From: Microbotryum violaceum
Taxonomy: Eukaryota
Assembly (NCBI GenBank): GCA_001244265.2
Contig: CDLV01000007.1
Coordinates: forward strand, 2,418,001-2,482,000
Length of the DNA stretch: 64,000 nucleotides
Reading direction: 5' to 3'
Part shown: positions 51,801 to 62,174 of the stretch, piece by piece
Layout: every line of letters begins with the position of its first letter
Position numbering within the stretch: the first letter of the stretch is position 1
Program-made: the position numbers and the translations under genes
The notes under the pieces: model-generated
The model's database searches: none
The model's input: only the letters and a program-made list of their open reading frames with translations
What the model was told of the DNA's origin: nothing

Positions 51801-52655
51801 CCTTCCGAAGAACCGTTCTCGCGATAGTTGATGGGCACGAGGATCGACCAGACGAGAACGGAAGCGGTGAGGAAAAAGAAGAAGCAGGTGCGAAGAAATA
51901 ACAAGAGCTGTGGGGTGGGGGTGGGGGTGGGGGGTGGAATAGGGTGGGCTTCAGTCTCATGTTTGAACCGACGGTCGGGTTGGGTCTGGTCCGAACGTAC
52001 GACCGCAGCATCCAAGCCAACGATCTGCAGCACGGTGAACTCGCTCGTGCGCAGGGTCGGCAGGACCCAGCCAAACAACGATTGCGAGTCATGGACTTGA
52101 TGCGGAGAGAAGCCTGTTGTGACGGGCAAACAGGGTCAGCACCGCGTCGTTCGGTGGGCCGAATTGCTGTTCGCTGGCACCTTTGAGCAGTGTTCTCGGC
52201 CGATAGAGCACCTTGAAGCGTTCGACCCTTCGCACGACGCAGAAAGCCAGGAACGAGGAAAGCCCGATCGAGAGAGATAGAGCCAATTGGGTCGTGAACC
52301 AGGGTCCTCTGTGATGCAGTGCAGTGTGAATGGATCATCAGCAGCAGCCGAGCGGTGGTGGTGGTGTGACGAGCAGCCGACGCGACGGAGGGCACGTACT
52401 CGTATTTGTAGACCTGGCCTGGTGGTAGACCTGTCGACGAGAGAACGGTGTCAGTGACGAGGTGCTGCACTGCACTGCAACACCAACAGCGGGGTCCCGA
52501 GTGCGAGACGAGACGCGCTTTTCGTTTTCGCCGATGACCGATGACGACACCACGACTCGATCAGCGCAGACTCGATCCCCGACAAACTGACCTCTATTGG
52601 GATCACTGCCATCGCCACCGCCACCCAGCCCAAAGCCCACGCTGAAACGGTCCAT
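48833..52655 (-). CDS. OSCA/TMEM63 (CSC1/RSN1/PHM7 family) osmo/mechanosensitive cation channel
   Basis: LYRPRT, FGWVLPTLRTSEFTVLQIVGLDAAV, ILVPINY, ARTVLVTDLP, TGVAFVTF..AAAQIAAQ, APEPRDIQWSNL, FFVSYVML, YSIITPLILPF..LYF.IAYLVYKY, YESRGQAWP. Confidence 0.95.
51912..51937 (+). repeat. (GGGGGT)n tract with G-quadruplex potential, inside an OSCA intron
   Basis: GGGGTGGGGGTGGGGGTGGGGGGTGG: four G runs of 4-6 nt with 1-nt loops. Confidence 0.8.
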
Positions 52656-52834
52656 GGCCACGGATGGTGTGGGATCGGATGATCGAGGTGTACAGGCTGC
52701 ACACACAAGGGACACGAGAGCAAAAGACAGGCAGCAGAATGAGGATGAGAGTTTCAATTCCAGCTAGTCTACAAAGAAACGACCCTTATTAGGCAGCGAT
52801 GACCTGACCCCGAGCGGCGGCTGATCGAATTTGT

Positions 52835-53014
52835 TCAGCGTGAGGGTGCTGATCCCGACCTGAGGCCAGGTTAGGTACGACATATTCCCGTAGACCACCC
52901 CGTTTTGATGGTCTGCTCCTCACGTCTACGCTGAGATTAACCCTAGTTCTCAAGTCACACAGAGAACGTCTCCGAGCGATGGCTTCTCTCCGAGACCGAG
53001 CCTCATGAGCTTGG
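52835..53014 (+). ncRNA. Candidate structured non-coding RNA of unknown class
   Basis: Five to six adjacent or nested inverted repeats in about 180 nt, with G-U pairs that only work on the + strand. No match to U1/U2/U4/U5/U6, SRP, RNase P/MRP or tRNA hallmarks that I could recognise. Confidence 0.3.
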
Positions 53015-53145
53015 TAGAAGATCCTTATGGGCTTGCGTTTTCAATGTATGACCAGTAAAAAACAGAAAACAGAACAGAAAACAAAAACAGAGTTCGCGCC
53101 GCCGAGGACAAATCGACAAGGAGAATCCGATTTTTCGCGGGAGCT

Positions 53146-53915
53146 TTACAGAGACGACCCACCGACCTGGGGCAACACAAAGCATGGGTCAATACACGAA
53201 CCTCGCTCTCAAGGCGTTCGCTCTGTGCACTCACCGCTTCGGACGCGACCTCGATCATGACCTCCTCCTCGTCATCGTCAATGTCGAGCTGTTAGAATAC
53301 GCTCGCCCACGATCAACACCAGCACCAGCACCGAGCGCCGACTGATATCGGTCAGACTCACACTAGCCACGTTCTGATCTCCACGCAACTTGACACCGTC
53401 TGTTGGTTGGGCGGTCCAAGTCGATTAGTCGGGGAAGCTTCATTTTTGGCACACACAAAAGTACCGAGGTAAGAAACTTGCCAAACATGAAGCGCACTTC
53501 GCTGAGCGACTTGCCCGCTCGCTCGCAGTAGGCGGCCATCATCTTTTGCAACTTGGTCGTCCTGTGAGAGAGAAAAGAGGTGGTGTCAATTCGAATTGTC
53601 CTATAACGGAGGAGGAGGTGTGTTTGCTCCGCTGTGTGCCTCTCTCGGCGCGCTGTCTCCGCCTGCTCACTTTTTGACCTTGATCATCAGATCGGGAAAA
53701 CCCTGTCCTGCGATCTGGATGCACAAAGCGAATGATCAGATGACGCGGTCCGGGGAGTGAACATGAACATAGACCACAAAAGTGCAGACGCACCTTGAGC
53801 GAGACATGTTCAGCCTGGGGCTTGACCTCGGGCACTTCTTGTCGTTCCTCTGGTGAGGATTTTGGGTTGAGTAACCGCCAGCGGGCACGGAGTGAGGGAG
53901 AGACTGACCAGACAT
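53146..53915 (-). CDS. SMT3: SUMO (Smt3) family modifier, divergent; 7 short exons
   Basis: MS|EERQEVPEVKPQAEHVSLK|IAGQGFPDLMIKVK|KTTKLQKMMAAYCERAGKSLSEVRFMF|DGVKLRGDQNVAS|LDIDDDEEEVMIEVASEA|VGGSSL*. SUMO core (K.KKTT.L.K.M.AYC.R.G....VRF.FDG) and di-Gly plus a 3-aa propeptide. One GC-AG intron (53400-53481). Confidence 0.9.
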
Positions 53916-54004
53916 GGTGCGTAATAGATGGGTTGGTGTGCAGGTACAGGTAAGCAGAGGTAAACGTCCGAGTGGCAAGTCGAGCGCGGGCTGTAGCACG
54001 CACC

Positions 54005-54124
54005 ACGCGCGTCGGAGGCCTAGGCTAATGCGTGGATTTACTAATGCCTTACTCTCAGCAATGATCTTCCAACGACGCGCGTCAGAGCTACTAATGTGTG
54101 GATTTACTAATGCTCTATTCTCAA
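54005..54124. promoter_or_regulatory. Duplicated ~55-bp element in the SUMO/RRP42 bidirectional promoter
   Basis: ACGCGCGTC(G/A)GAG..CTAATG(C/T)GTGGATTTACTAATGC..TA(C/T)TCTCA occurs at 54005 and 54075 within a 285-bp head-to-head intergenic region. Confidence 0.6.
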
Positions 54125-54200
54125 AGGGTTAAGCTTCCCTTCCCCCTCCTGCCTTGGCCTGCTACTCTACTTGATCAACACCTCCCAACCGCCAGCGACC

Positions 54201-55654
54201 ATGTCTACCTCGACCTATTCGACCTCGGAGCTCTCCTACACCCAAAAAGCCCTCGCCTCCAACGCCCCGACCACCAGCTCCTCCGCTTCGCAGCCGCTCC
54301 TACGAGCCGACGGTCGCCGCCCTCTTTCGTTCCGCGATATCATCCTCACCACCAACGTGTCCCAAGCACAGGGGGCGGTCGGCAGTGCGTTGGCTTGTTT
54401 GGATGATCTGGGTGGCCAGAGCCAAGTCATGGCGGCGGTGAGGGCCGAGGTGGAAGATGTCAGAACGGGTGAAGATGAGCAACCGATTACGAGTGGTAAC
54501 GGTGGCATGACGATTTCGATAGAGTGGTCAGTCTTTTCCTACCTCATCCTCCGCCGTTTTTTTTTTTTTGTCCAAAACTTAATACGACCCTTCCGCCCTT
54601 CTTCTTCTTCCCCCTTACCGTCCACGCCCCCTATATGCGCCCTCCTCTCGCTTACCTCTTTTTCCCTCCTCCAGCTCCCCCACCGCCCTCCCTACCCTCC
54701 GACCCGACCTCCTCCCTCACCTCTCCGCCCTCCTCACCAGTCTATTCTCCCCCTCTAATCTTCCCCCCTCCCTGCTCTCCCAACTGATCATCATCCCCCA
54801 TTCGAAAACCTGGTCTTTGAAACTGGACCTCCTGATCCTCTCTTCCCAGGGAGGGAATATTATCGATTTGGTCTTGGTCGCGGCTAGGTCCGCGTTGGCG
54901 ACGACTAGGTTACCTCGTACGAGGGCCGTAGAATATAGAGCACCTCCTTTAAAGAGTGGGAACGTATCCGTTTCGGCGGCGGTCGGAGAAGAAGAAGAAG
55001 AAGAAGAAGAAGAAGAAGAAGAAGAAGAAGAAGGTGGTTGGGAAACGGGTTTGGGACCAGAATCGGGAACGATCGAGAGTGGTTTTGCGGGTTTGGTTAA
55101 AGGGGGGAAAGGGGGGAGTAAAGCGATGGACTTTGAGTTGGTGCAAAGTCATGATGTACGGATTATTGAGGGCCAAGAGGTCGAAGAGGAAGATCGAGAT
55201 GGTGTTAGGTTGAGCGGGTGGAGGGAGTTGCCGATCGGGTTAAGTCTTCATTTGGTCCGTCTTGTCTGCACGAGGCAACTTCATTATTGCAGAGAATGGG
55301 TGGAAGAAAACTGACGGCTTTGGGGTTCACCAGATTAATCAATTACCATTCCTCGACCCCACGACGCTCGAAGAAGCGACGATCGAAGCTTCCTTGCTCG
55401 TAGGTTTCCAACATCAAGATCAAGTATGTGCGATCCAAATGGTCGGTCAGGGAGAGGTCGAGGTGGGGAGGTTGATGGGCTTGATCAAGGTGCGTTCTCT
55501 CCCTGGATTGGGTTTCGGGTTATGAGCTTTTACTGATCTTTTTCGAGAGTAATGGATGTTGGGGGGTTTTTTTTTTTTTTGAGGGGGGTAGAAAGCGAAA
55601 AATCTCGCCGATGACCTCAAACTCGCGCTTAATCAGAAATTAGCGAATGCGTAA
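54201..55654 (+). CDS. RRP42: RNA exosome core subunit Rrp42 (RNase PH fold)
   Basis: SELSYTQKAL..LRADGRRPLSFRDI..QAQGAVGSA, VMAAVRAEV, W.LKLDLLILSSQGGNIIDL...ARSALATTRLP, FLDPTTLEE, VCAIQMVGQG. Confidence 0.88.
54988..55032 (+). repeat. (GAA)15 microsatellite encoding poly-Glu inside Rrp42
   Basis: Perfect 45-nt GAA run, in frame as E15. Confidence 0.95.
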
Positions 55655-56128
55655 AATCATACTCGACCTCATATGCCTTCGAATGAGCCTTGGTGCAATA
55701 TGACACCTTCCCCTCGGCCACTTTGAGGCGGGCCAAGGCAGGGAGGGCTCTTATGCTTCTTTTGTAGCCCGCTTTGGATGCTTGGCGTGCTTAATATCTA
55801 TGAAGCTGTTCTTTTCTATTAGCGGTGCGTTGAGCGAGCTGGACTTTTGAACTATTTCAAGCCAGTCTCTAATTCTAGTATCGTCTTTTGAGGTATGAGA
55901 TCGACCGTTTTCAAAGCAAAGACCGCTGTGCGAATCTTTTGGGAAACGCTCTTGAGAAAAGTCCAAGCTCAAAGCGCTTGATCGGGCGCGCGTCTCGTAT
56001 CATTACATCTCCGCTCTTTTGCGCGTTCGATCTGTTCTGCTTCATCCGTTCAAAAGAAAACGCCGAAGCGTATCAGCCCAACCGACCGCTACCGGTGTGC
56101 CGTCCCAACCAGCGTTCTCAAGCCCATC

Positions 56129-56708
56129 ATGTCGTCCCGTAAAGTGATGGTGCAACCCATCGTACGTCCTGCCCCCCGTGCCGTGCCGTGCCGTGGTCTC
56201 TTATCACACACGGCCCATCGCTCTTTAACCGCGCTTCGTAAAGTCTAATGCAAACGGTGTATGGCTAAATGGGACAGAATGTGATCTTTAAGCATCTACA
56301 ATCGGGCACGCCTGTACAAGTGTGGTTGTACGATAACCTCGAGCAAAGATTGGAGGGCAAGATCATCGTCAGTATTTTTGCAGCGGGTCGAGCCTTTATA
56401 CACACTCACACACACCCCAACGGTCGATACTGACTTGGGGGGTTAAATGTTCGTGCAAAAAGGGTTTTGACGAATTCATGAACGTCGTACTCGACGATGC
56501 GCAAGAGGTTTGGATCAAAGACACGAAGCAGCACAAGCTTGGCCAACGACAACCTTTAGGTGCGCCTTGGCAGGGCCGAGTGTTAGTGGGATAAAGCGCA
56601 ACCTGAGGTGATGCTCACCTTTGTATACTTTTGCTAGGTCGCTTGCTGTTGAAGGGGGAGAACATTTCGTTGATTCAGATGAGGGATCCACCGCCCAACT
56701 CGCGTTAA
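56129..56708 (+). CDS. SME1: Small nuclear ribonucleoprotein Sm E, 4 exons (missed by the ORF track)
   Basis: MSSRKVMVQPI|NVIFKHLQSGTPVQVWLYDNLEQRLEGKII|GFDEFMNVVLDDAQEVW...L|GRLLLKGENISLIQ. Confidence 0.96.
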
Positions 56709-57372
56709 GGAGGGGAAACCGGAACCGGGAACTCCTCGACATCCCAGTCCTCGAACAGTGGTTTGCAAAGAGGATAGAGTCGGGAAGTATGAGCGATGTG
56801 TAATGACCAAACCAAAAGAAAAGGGCCAGTGTACCATCTTTCTCTTTCCCCGCGTCGGTCGTCCGAGCCAAAAAGCGCGGCGGCAGTTTAGAGCCGCTCT
56901 TGGGACTATACAACCTAGGCTCCGTCCTGGATATCTGAGGACTAGTTGGGAGCCCTTCATCGCTTGATGACCCATATGTTGGGTAAAACTCCCCCATGAG
57001 AGAATTCCCCGGAAACGCCCGACCGGGGAAAGGTCACGTGCCCCGTAACTCGACTCGGGAAGAGGGCGCGCTTCTCTTCCTTGGCTTTGTCCCGGCCTCC
57101 TTCACCTCGCGCTAACCGCTGCTGTGTAGGCATCAAGAGTCGGCTTTGCCACACCTTTCACGCCGCGCGTTCCTCTCTCTCTCTCTCTCTCTCTCTTCGC
57201 TTTACGTCAAAGCGTGTACGTCGTTGCAGCTCGCGCAGACCGACGTCAACGACCCAAACGCACCTACAACCCGACCCCCACCTCCCTTCCTTGCAACCCA
57301 GTGAAAGCAAAAAAAGACCACTATTGAACTATCGAATCCCTGTAACAGTATAACGGGAATCATCCACCGACA

Positions 57373-58739
57373 ATGTCTCCCACCTCCCTCTCACCGCCCG
57401 AATCCTCTTCCTCATCTTCCGTTCCTTCCAAACTTCCCTCATCCACCACCACCACCACCACCTCCCTCAGTTCAATCGTTTCCAACTTATTTCAACGTAC
57501 TTCCCTTAACCTTACAACTTCATCAACGGATCCTTATTCGGATAAAATGATCGCTTCACTTCTCTTGGCTGAAGCTTCTCGACCTAGTACGAAAACGTCT
57601 AGTCGATTATTAGGAATGAGAGGAGAATTGGAGAAAGAGGCTATTAGGAAACCGAATAAGAGGTTCTTGAAGGGTGTTTTGGGGGACGTGGAGGCGCATA
57701 ATAGGAGGGTTATAAGTGCGCAGAGGGAGAGGGAGAGGGAGAGGGAGAGGTTCGAGAGGGAGGGAGGGAGGGAGACTGTCGTTGATGGTCGGGATTTCAG
57801 GTCGACGGAGAGGAGGAGCGGGGAGGTCGAGGAGGATGAGGAGGACGACGACGACGAGCAAGAGAGGAGATATAGAAGGAGTGGGCAGGAGAAGGAAACG
57901 GATCGAGATCGAGATCGACTACGAGGGCGAGATCGTCAGAGGGACAACAAAGTTCGCCACCGAGATCGGGACAAGGACGGCAATCCCGGCGACGAAGGAC
58001 GACACCGCTCCAGTCGACGGAGCGAGCACGATCATGAGCAAGCACGATCGAAGAGGCGGAGAGATGACGATCACACGAATCACCGAACGAGTAAGAGTAA
58101 GCAAAGAGACGAGAATAGGCAACATCGCTACCGCAGGGACCACGACGAGCATCAAGATCGACATCGAGAACGAGTGGATAGACACCGACCCCGCGAGGAT
58201 GAGTACGTTCCAGTTCTTTGCTCCGACTCAATCGACGTCAAACATTAAGCTGACTATCGGCCCCGCCATTTCTTAGGCCCTCCAACGACCCCGCATCAAA
58301 CGATGCCGGGCCCATCGCTCACACCACCGTTGGCGTCCCTTCGAAAATGGACAAATATTTCGCCCTCGATTACGACCCTTTATTCGACGTGTCAGTAGAG
58401 AACGACCTCACCGACCCTACGACCCGTCTCATCGCTCCTGGCGCATTCGATGAATGGGATACCATGCTGAGAACGATCAAGGAGAAGGAGGAGAGGAAGC
58501 GGGAGGAGAAGGAGGGTAGGAGGAGGAGAAAGGAGAGGGACAAGGAGGAACGGAGGAGGGAGAGGAGGAGGAGAAGGGGGGAGAGTGTTAGTTCGTCAGA
58601 TGAAGGGCCTGGTGGAGAGGACGAAGGGAGGCAGGGCAAGAAGATCAAGTTGGGCGAGGGGAAGGCGTTGATGGAGGTGGAGTATACTAGAGTCGGAGGT
58701 ACGAGGGAATGGGACAGGGGTAAGGAGCATCTGTCCTAG
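57373..58739 (+). CDS. Arg/Asp/Glu-rich, probably nuclear protein (conserved fungal family, often loosely annotated as splicing-factor-like), 2 exons
   Basis: Conserved-looking blocks KPNKRFLKGVLGDVEAHN, SKMDKYFALDYDPLFDV and TREWDRGKE flanking RD/RE low-complexity tracts; intron about 58203-58276. Confidence 0.7.
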
Positions 58740-59465
58740 CTCTCTCGGCTCGGCGCTCTTCATTGTGTAGGAAGGCATCAGATGTTGTAGTGCACCAGAG
58801 AGGTTGAAGAAAATATCATCTTTGCCTCTGAAAGAAAGATGTGACGGCGAGAGAGTGACTCACACGGCACTGCGAAGTTGTGACCCGCCAGCCCGGGATC
58901 GAGGGTGTCAAAGTAGTGTCAAAGTAGGCCAAAGTGGGCGCTTGGTCGCTCGTCGAACGTCTCGTGTCGGCCAAGTATTACGACGAACAGTCTCCGACTG
59001 AACGAGGTTTGTGCTGATCTCTATTGATGAACATAAACAATATATAATAATGGCTTTGGTTTGGGCTTGGGGGCGAATTCCCTCACGACACGGCCCCGCG
59101 AAGAAACCGGCGGGGCAGCGCAAGCAAGGGGAGGCAAACCGGGGAGGCGGGCGGGAAAGCAAAGATTTATGGAGTTTCGAGCGAGCAACAGGCGATGTTG
59201 CGAGCGAGAATAGTTGGTTCTAGTAAGAGGGAGTGATTTACACCGCACTCGCCTTTCGACTCGCTCGGCGCGCCCGTTGGTCGCCTTTGGCAACTGGCCA
59301 GGGGCCAGGTGGGGTCGAGATGAAAGCCAGGCTCTTCGACTTTCGGCTTTGCTCCCCCCAAACTCGGATCGACACGGGTTGTCTGGTCAAATCCGATCTT
59401 GTAGCTCCGCACGCTCCAGCAGGCCGTCGCCACGCCAAGTGGTCATCCCAAACACGTAGGAGAGA

Positions 59466-61866
59466 ATGGTAGACGCCGAGTCTTCGACGCACACGTCACC
59501 GACCGCTGGTTCGTCCACGTCGAACCATGTCAAACGCGCCGCGATCGCATGCACTCGCTGCCAGCTCAACCGCAAGAAGTGTATGCGCGACGCGCGCAAG
59601 CAGAGCGCGTGCGTCGCTTGTATTTTGGCTGACGATGGCGAGGCGTGTGTTGTACGAGACCGAGCACGACCCAATCGGTGAGCTCGTAGTCCTTGAGGGA
59701 TCGGCAGAGCTCGAGCTGGACTGACACTGACCGTCGGACCACGGACCAGCGGTCGCCGGAAAGCTCAAGCGATCTCGGCCTCTGCAAGTCCCGACTCGAG
59801 GCATGTCTCCGTCAATGTACACCCACTCGGGCCCGAAGGTGTGGTGCAAACCAGCAATATGGTGGTGAAAAACAACGCGCAGGCACTCGTTCCACCGCGT
59901 GGGCTCGTACAATCCGTCCAAGAAGAGGTCGAACGCATATACACAGCCCGAACCGGTCTTTCGCTCGACCTCTCGCTCCCCGTCGCGGATCTGCACAGTA
60001 AGAACCAGTCGCTGCTCTCCTCGGCGTCATTCGATGCTCTGAACATTGTCAACACGACGAGCCTCGTGAACATCTTCGTCAAGGACATGAACCACGCCCT
60101 TGTCTTCCTTAACAAAAACCACCTTTGGGGCATCCACGCCAAGCTTGTGGCCAGCACTGCTTCAGGGGAATCGACGCTCACTCCGGACGAGGCCGCGCTT
60201 CTCGATATGGTGTGTTGCCTCGGAGCGTTCCGAGCGCTCACATTTGACGACCAGTCCAAAAAATATGTGCACCCTTTGGGCAGGGAACGACTGGATGAGC
60301 TGTGGTACCGTCAATCGTGCGCCATCCTAGACAGCTGGGAAGGGGCCTCCTTGACCGCGCTTCGTGAGTCTCCGATGCGCTGAGAAAGCACGGCCGTGAC
60401 TTGGAGAGTGAAAGGATGGCGACTGACAGATGACGGTATGTTATGGTGCAGAGGCGCTGTTTCTGCAATACATTTACATCTCGTCGACCGGCAACTCGGC
60501 GAAAGCTAGACGGCTTTTGGGCAAGGCGGTTCGGATGGCCCACGATGACCTCAAGCTGAACCGAATTGAATCTACGGAAACGTTCGCACCTCAGGACAAG
60601 GCACATCTGTTGTACTTTTTCATTTATTTTGCCGACTGGTACGTCGAGGCTGACCGTGCTGCTCTTCCTTCATGCTGTACTCATCTCGACGATCGATTGC
60701 ACTCTCATTCCTACAGCTACCAGTCGGCAATCTGCGGACTGACCCCCCTCGTCTCGCTGAACGATTTTGACTCCGCGGTGCTGAAACCCCATCTCCTGTT
60801 CCCAAAGAGGGCTCAAACCCGACCAGGGGGTCGATCTCTCCCATTTGTGGGGGACCTGGTCAAGCTCGTCCTCATCCAGGGCGATACGTTGAGCGCCCTG
60901 GCCTCGAACGACGATCCAGACCTCGCTACATTTCGGAAGATCGAAAGGAAGCTCACCGAATGGGTCCAAGGGCGGGCGCCTGAGAGCGCGTCGGCTTCAT
61001 GGGGGGAGAAAACGTTGGCCACGTTTTGTACGATACATTTCAATTGGTGCGTCCAACCTTTCAGCTCAGTAGAAATGTTTATTTCTTTCAGCGACTTAGG
61101 CTCCGTGGTGTGCTGCACAGGACTCGGTTGATGCTGTACAATGGATACATGGGCCGAAACCCGCTCTTGGCGGACGGGACGCTGACAACTTTGCTTGCTC
61201 GATCGGCCGTTCAAATCATTGAGGCGTACCACGAGGCGTTACAAGAGAATCTGAACTTTCCGTTTCATCAACTTCAGCGCGTTATTACGACGGCTTACGT
61301 CCTCTTGCTATTGTTCGTGAAAGGGGAGATGCGGATGACAGGTAAGCGAGCCTGAGCGCGCCTCACTTCCTCCAACAATCTTTCGGCTGACGAGATTTCC
61401 TCTCTTGTGCTGGCTAAGAAACCAACCGCGCGCTTTCGTTGGTCTGCGACATCCTCCAAGTACTCCATACACGCTGGCACAGCGCCGATCAGGCCCACGA
61501 AGCCCTGGCTCTCGTGGTCGCGTCCTTGGGTTCGTCCATCTGCCAACCTTTCTCCTTCTGACCTCTCCTTCTGACATTATCACCTGCATCAACCACACCC
61601 AAGCTAACATTTTTTTTCCAACACTAGGACTTTCTCCCCTCGCCCCCTTAATCAAGCCGAATAACGCCCTACAGCCCTTCAATCTCGCCCTCGGGCCACA
61701 GGCTCTCTCCGACCTAGACCGCACGTGCATCGATGCCTCGACTCTTCTGCCACAACCTTTGGGAAACAATGACTTTGCGCCTTGGACGTTCAGTCCCGAT
61801 TTCGCGTGGGACATGATGGATTTCCCGCTGGGATTCGAGATGGGGGATAAAGTGGGGTTCGTGTAG
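59466..61866 (+). CDS. Zn(II)2Cys6 fungal transcription factor with middle homology region
   Basis: KRAAIACTRCQLNRKKCMRDARKQSACVACILADDGEACVV (C-x2-C-x6-C-x9-C-x2-C-x8-C); ARRLLGKAVRMAHDDLKLNR...FFIYFADW resembles the fungal TF middle region; multiple GT-AG introns. Confidence 0.88.
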
Positions 61867-62174
61867 GGTAGGACGCAATGAGATGAACGGGTTTCACTAG
61901 TGTTGTCAGCTTACGGATTGGTCCGAGCGGTGGGTCTCAATGGTTCGTAATATATGCATGAATGCGATTCGGTTCCAGGGTCGTCTTGACAAGGTTCTTT
62001 ATCGAACTGTAGCAGCGAACGTTCTCAGGGAGGATTTATCTCGTCAAGGGCCGTTTCTGTGCTACAAGTCTTGTGCATTCACGTCCGAGGTCTCTTGGCA
62101 CGACCCTTAAACATCTAAGTCAAGAAGGACCCCCCCCCCCCACCCCACTAGAACCTGTTCCCTTTCACTCATGG

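Noticed and set aside
52959-52966. ACAGAGAA resembling the U6 snRNA ACAGAGA box
   Set aside because: The flanking invariant U6 sequence (GATTAGCATGGCCCCTG) is absent.
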